Part shown: one piece after another, positions 63,273 through 64,000 of the stretch
How the letters are laid out: every line of letters begins with the position of its first letter
Position numbering within the stretch: the stretch's first letter is position 1
Assembly (NCBI GenBank): GCA_963708075.1
Contig: OY970194.1
Coordinates: 2,592,001-2,656,000 of the forward strand
Direction of reading: 5' to 3'
DNA: 64,000 nucleotides
Source of the DNA: Sedimentisphaerales bacterium
Lineage (GTDB): Bacteria; Planctomycetota; Phycisphaerae; Sedimentisphaerales; Anaerobacaceae
Translations under genes and position numbers: made by a program
The notes under the pieces: model-generated
What the model saw: the letters and a program-made list of their open reading frames with translations, nothing else
The model's database searches: none
Told to the model about the DNA's origin: nothing

Positions 63273-63716
63273 ATGGCGCAGCGCAAAGCGACGATCGTCT
63301 GGCGAGGGGGACTGAAGAGCGGCAATGGCACCATGGAACTGGGCAGCGGCCTTTTCAAGGCCCCGTATTCCTTCCAGTCCCGGTTCGAGTCGGGCCCCGG
63401 CACCAATCCGGAGGAGTTGATTGGCGCCGCACTGGCCGGATGCTTTTCCATGGCCCTGGCCGGCGATCTGGAACGGGCGGGCTATTCGCCTCAGGAAATC
63501 GACACCTCCGCCAGCGTCTCCATCGAGAAGACGCCGGACGGTTTTGCCATCACGACAGTTGAGCTGGACACAGAAGGCCGAGTGCCGGACATCGATGACG
63601 AGGAATTCCTCAGCCTGGCGGAAAACGCCAAGAACACTTGTCCCGTCTCACAAGTGCTCACGGGAGCGGAGATCAGCCTCAAGGCCAGGCTGGCACCGGC
63701 GTATTCCCCAGTGTGA
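63273..63716 (+). CDS. osmC: OsmC family peroxiredoxin
   Basis: GTNPEELIGAALAGCFSMAL and AKNTCPVS. Confidence 0.9.
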   Translation: MAQRKATIVWRGGLKSGNGTMELGSGLFKAPYSFQSRFESGPGTNPEELIGAALAGCFSMALAGDLERAGYSPQEIDTSASVSIEKTPDGFAITTVELDTEGRVPDIDDEEFLSLAENAKNTCPVSQVLTGAEISLKARLAPAYSPV

Positions 63717-63739
63717 TGCAAAATGGGAAGCCTCAATAG

Positions 63740-64000
63740 TCACTGCTTCACTCGCAGCTCGGCGAACAGCGGACGATGATCGGAGGCCAGACGCGCCAGG
63801 TAATCGTCGCCAACGTCCACCCTCACCACCTCCACCTGTGAGTTCACGAAAATGTGATCGATGCGCGCAATCGGGTAATGGCCGAACCACGTCCGACGCG
63901 GGGACCGGTGCAGCACGTCCACCTGGACATCGCGAAGCTTCTGCGAGCATAACCTCCACACGCTCGACAGTGGTGATGCATTGAAATCGCCGCAAAGAAC
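63740..64000 (-). CDS. Endonuclease/exonuclease/phosphatase family protein (3' part; runs off the window)
   Basis: GDFN, RIDHIF, ASDHRPL motifs. Confidence 0.85.
   Translation of the reverse strand, partial: VLCGDFNASPLSSVWRLCSQKLRDVQVDVLHRSPRRTWFGHYPIARIDHIFVNSQVEVVRVDVGDDYLARLASDHRPLFAELRVKQ

Noticed and set aside
1..64000. CRISPR array, rRNA, intact transposase or prophage genes
   Set aside because: No regularly spaced repeats, rRNA-like tracts or such ORFs were seen by eye.

Overview
GC-rich bacterial chromosomal window. Lineage is probably Planctomycetota (Phycisphaerae/Sedimentisphaerales-like). This is inferred from Tat-exported sulfatases, DUF1080, an ECF/anti-sigma module, a dockerin-like C-terminal tail and an FlgI-like gene beside smc; it was not checked by search. 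Left to right: an L-Ara4N operon (arnT-arnB-arnC-arnA plus a truncated arnD) divergent from an OmpR-type two-component system; tRNA-Ser(GCT) with an integrase relic on its 5' side; and a ~13 kb plus-strand defence/conflict island. The island holds a TIR protein, MoxR AAA+, vWA and a TIR-STAND-TPR protein, then a tandem SLATT membrane effector, then a metallophosphoesterase + CHAT protease pair. Housekeeping and carbohydrate genes follow (DUF362, two sulfatases, M16 peptidase pair, smc, FlgI-like, GH130, PtsN-like, CPBP, DUF4139, Gfo/Idh/MocA). After them come an ECF sigma/anti-sigma/S41 protease trio sharing a duplicated ~170-aa domain, SlyD-like PPIase, CspA, DUF5107-TPR and a stress-type cluster (baeRF, transaldolase, GalT, PRC-barrel, ferredoxin, OsmC, EEP). 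About eleven frameshifts are visible. Five are a +1 insertion turning GAGACC into GAGAACC, and three or four are GCGCGC collapsed to GCGC. This pattern suggests methylation-linked long-read errors rather than pseudogenes, and correcting one site reveals a hidden Zn-ribbon ORF. The best candidates for undescribed systems are the dual-TIR MoxR/vWA/NLR-like operon, the metallophosphoesterase-CHAT pair and the ECF/anti-sigma/S41 trio. All family calls are by motif recognition only; no searches were run.
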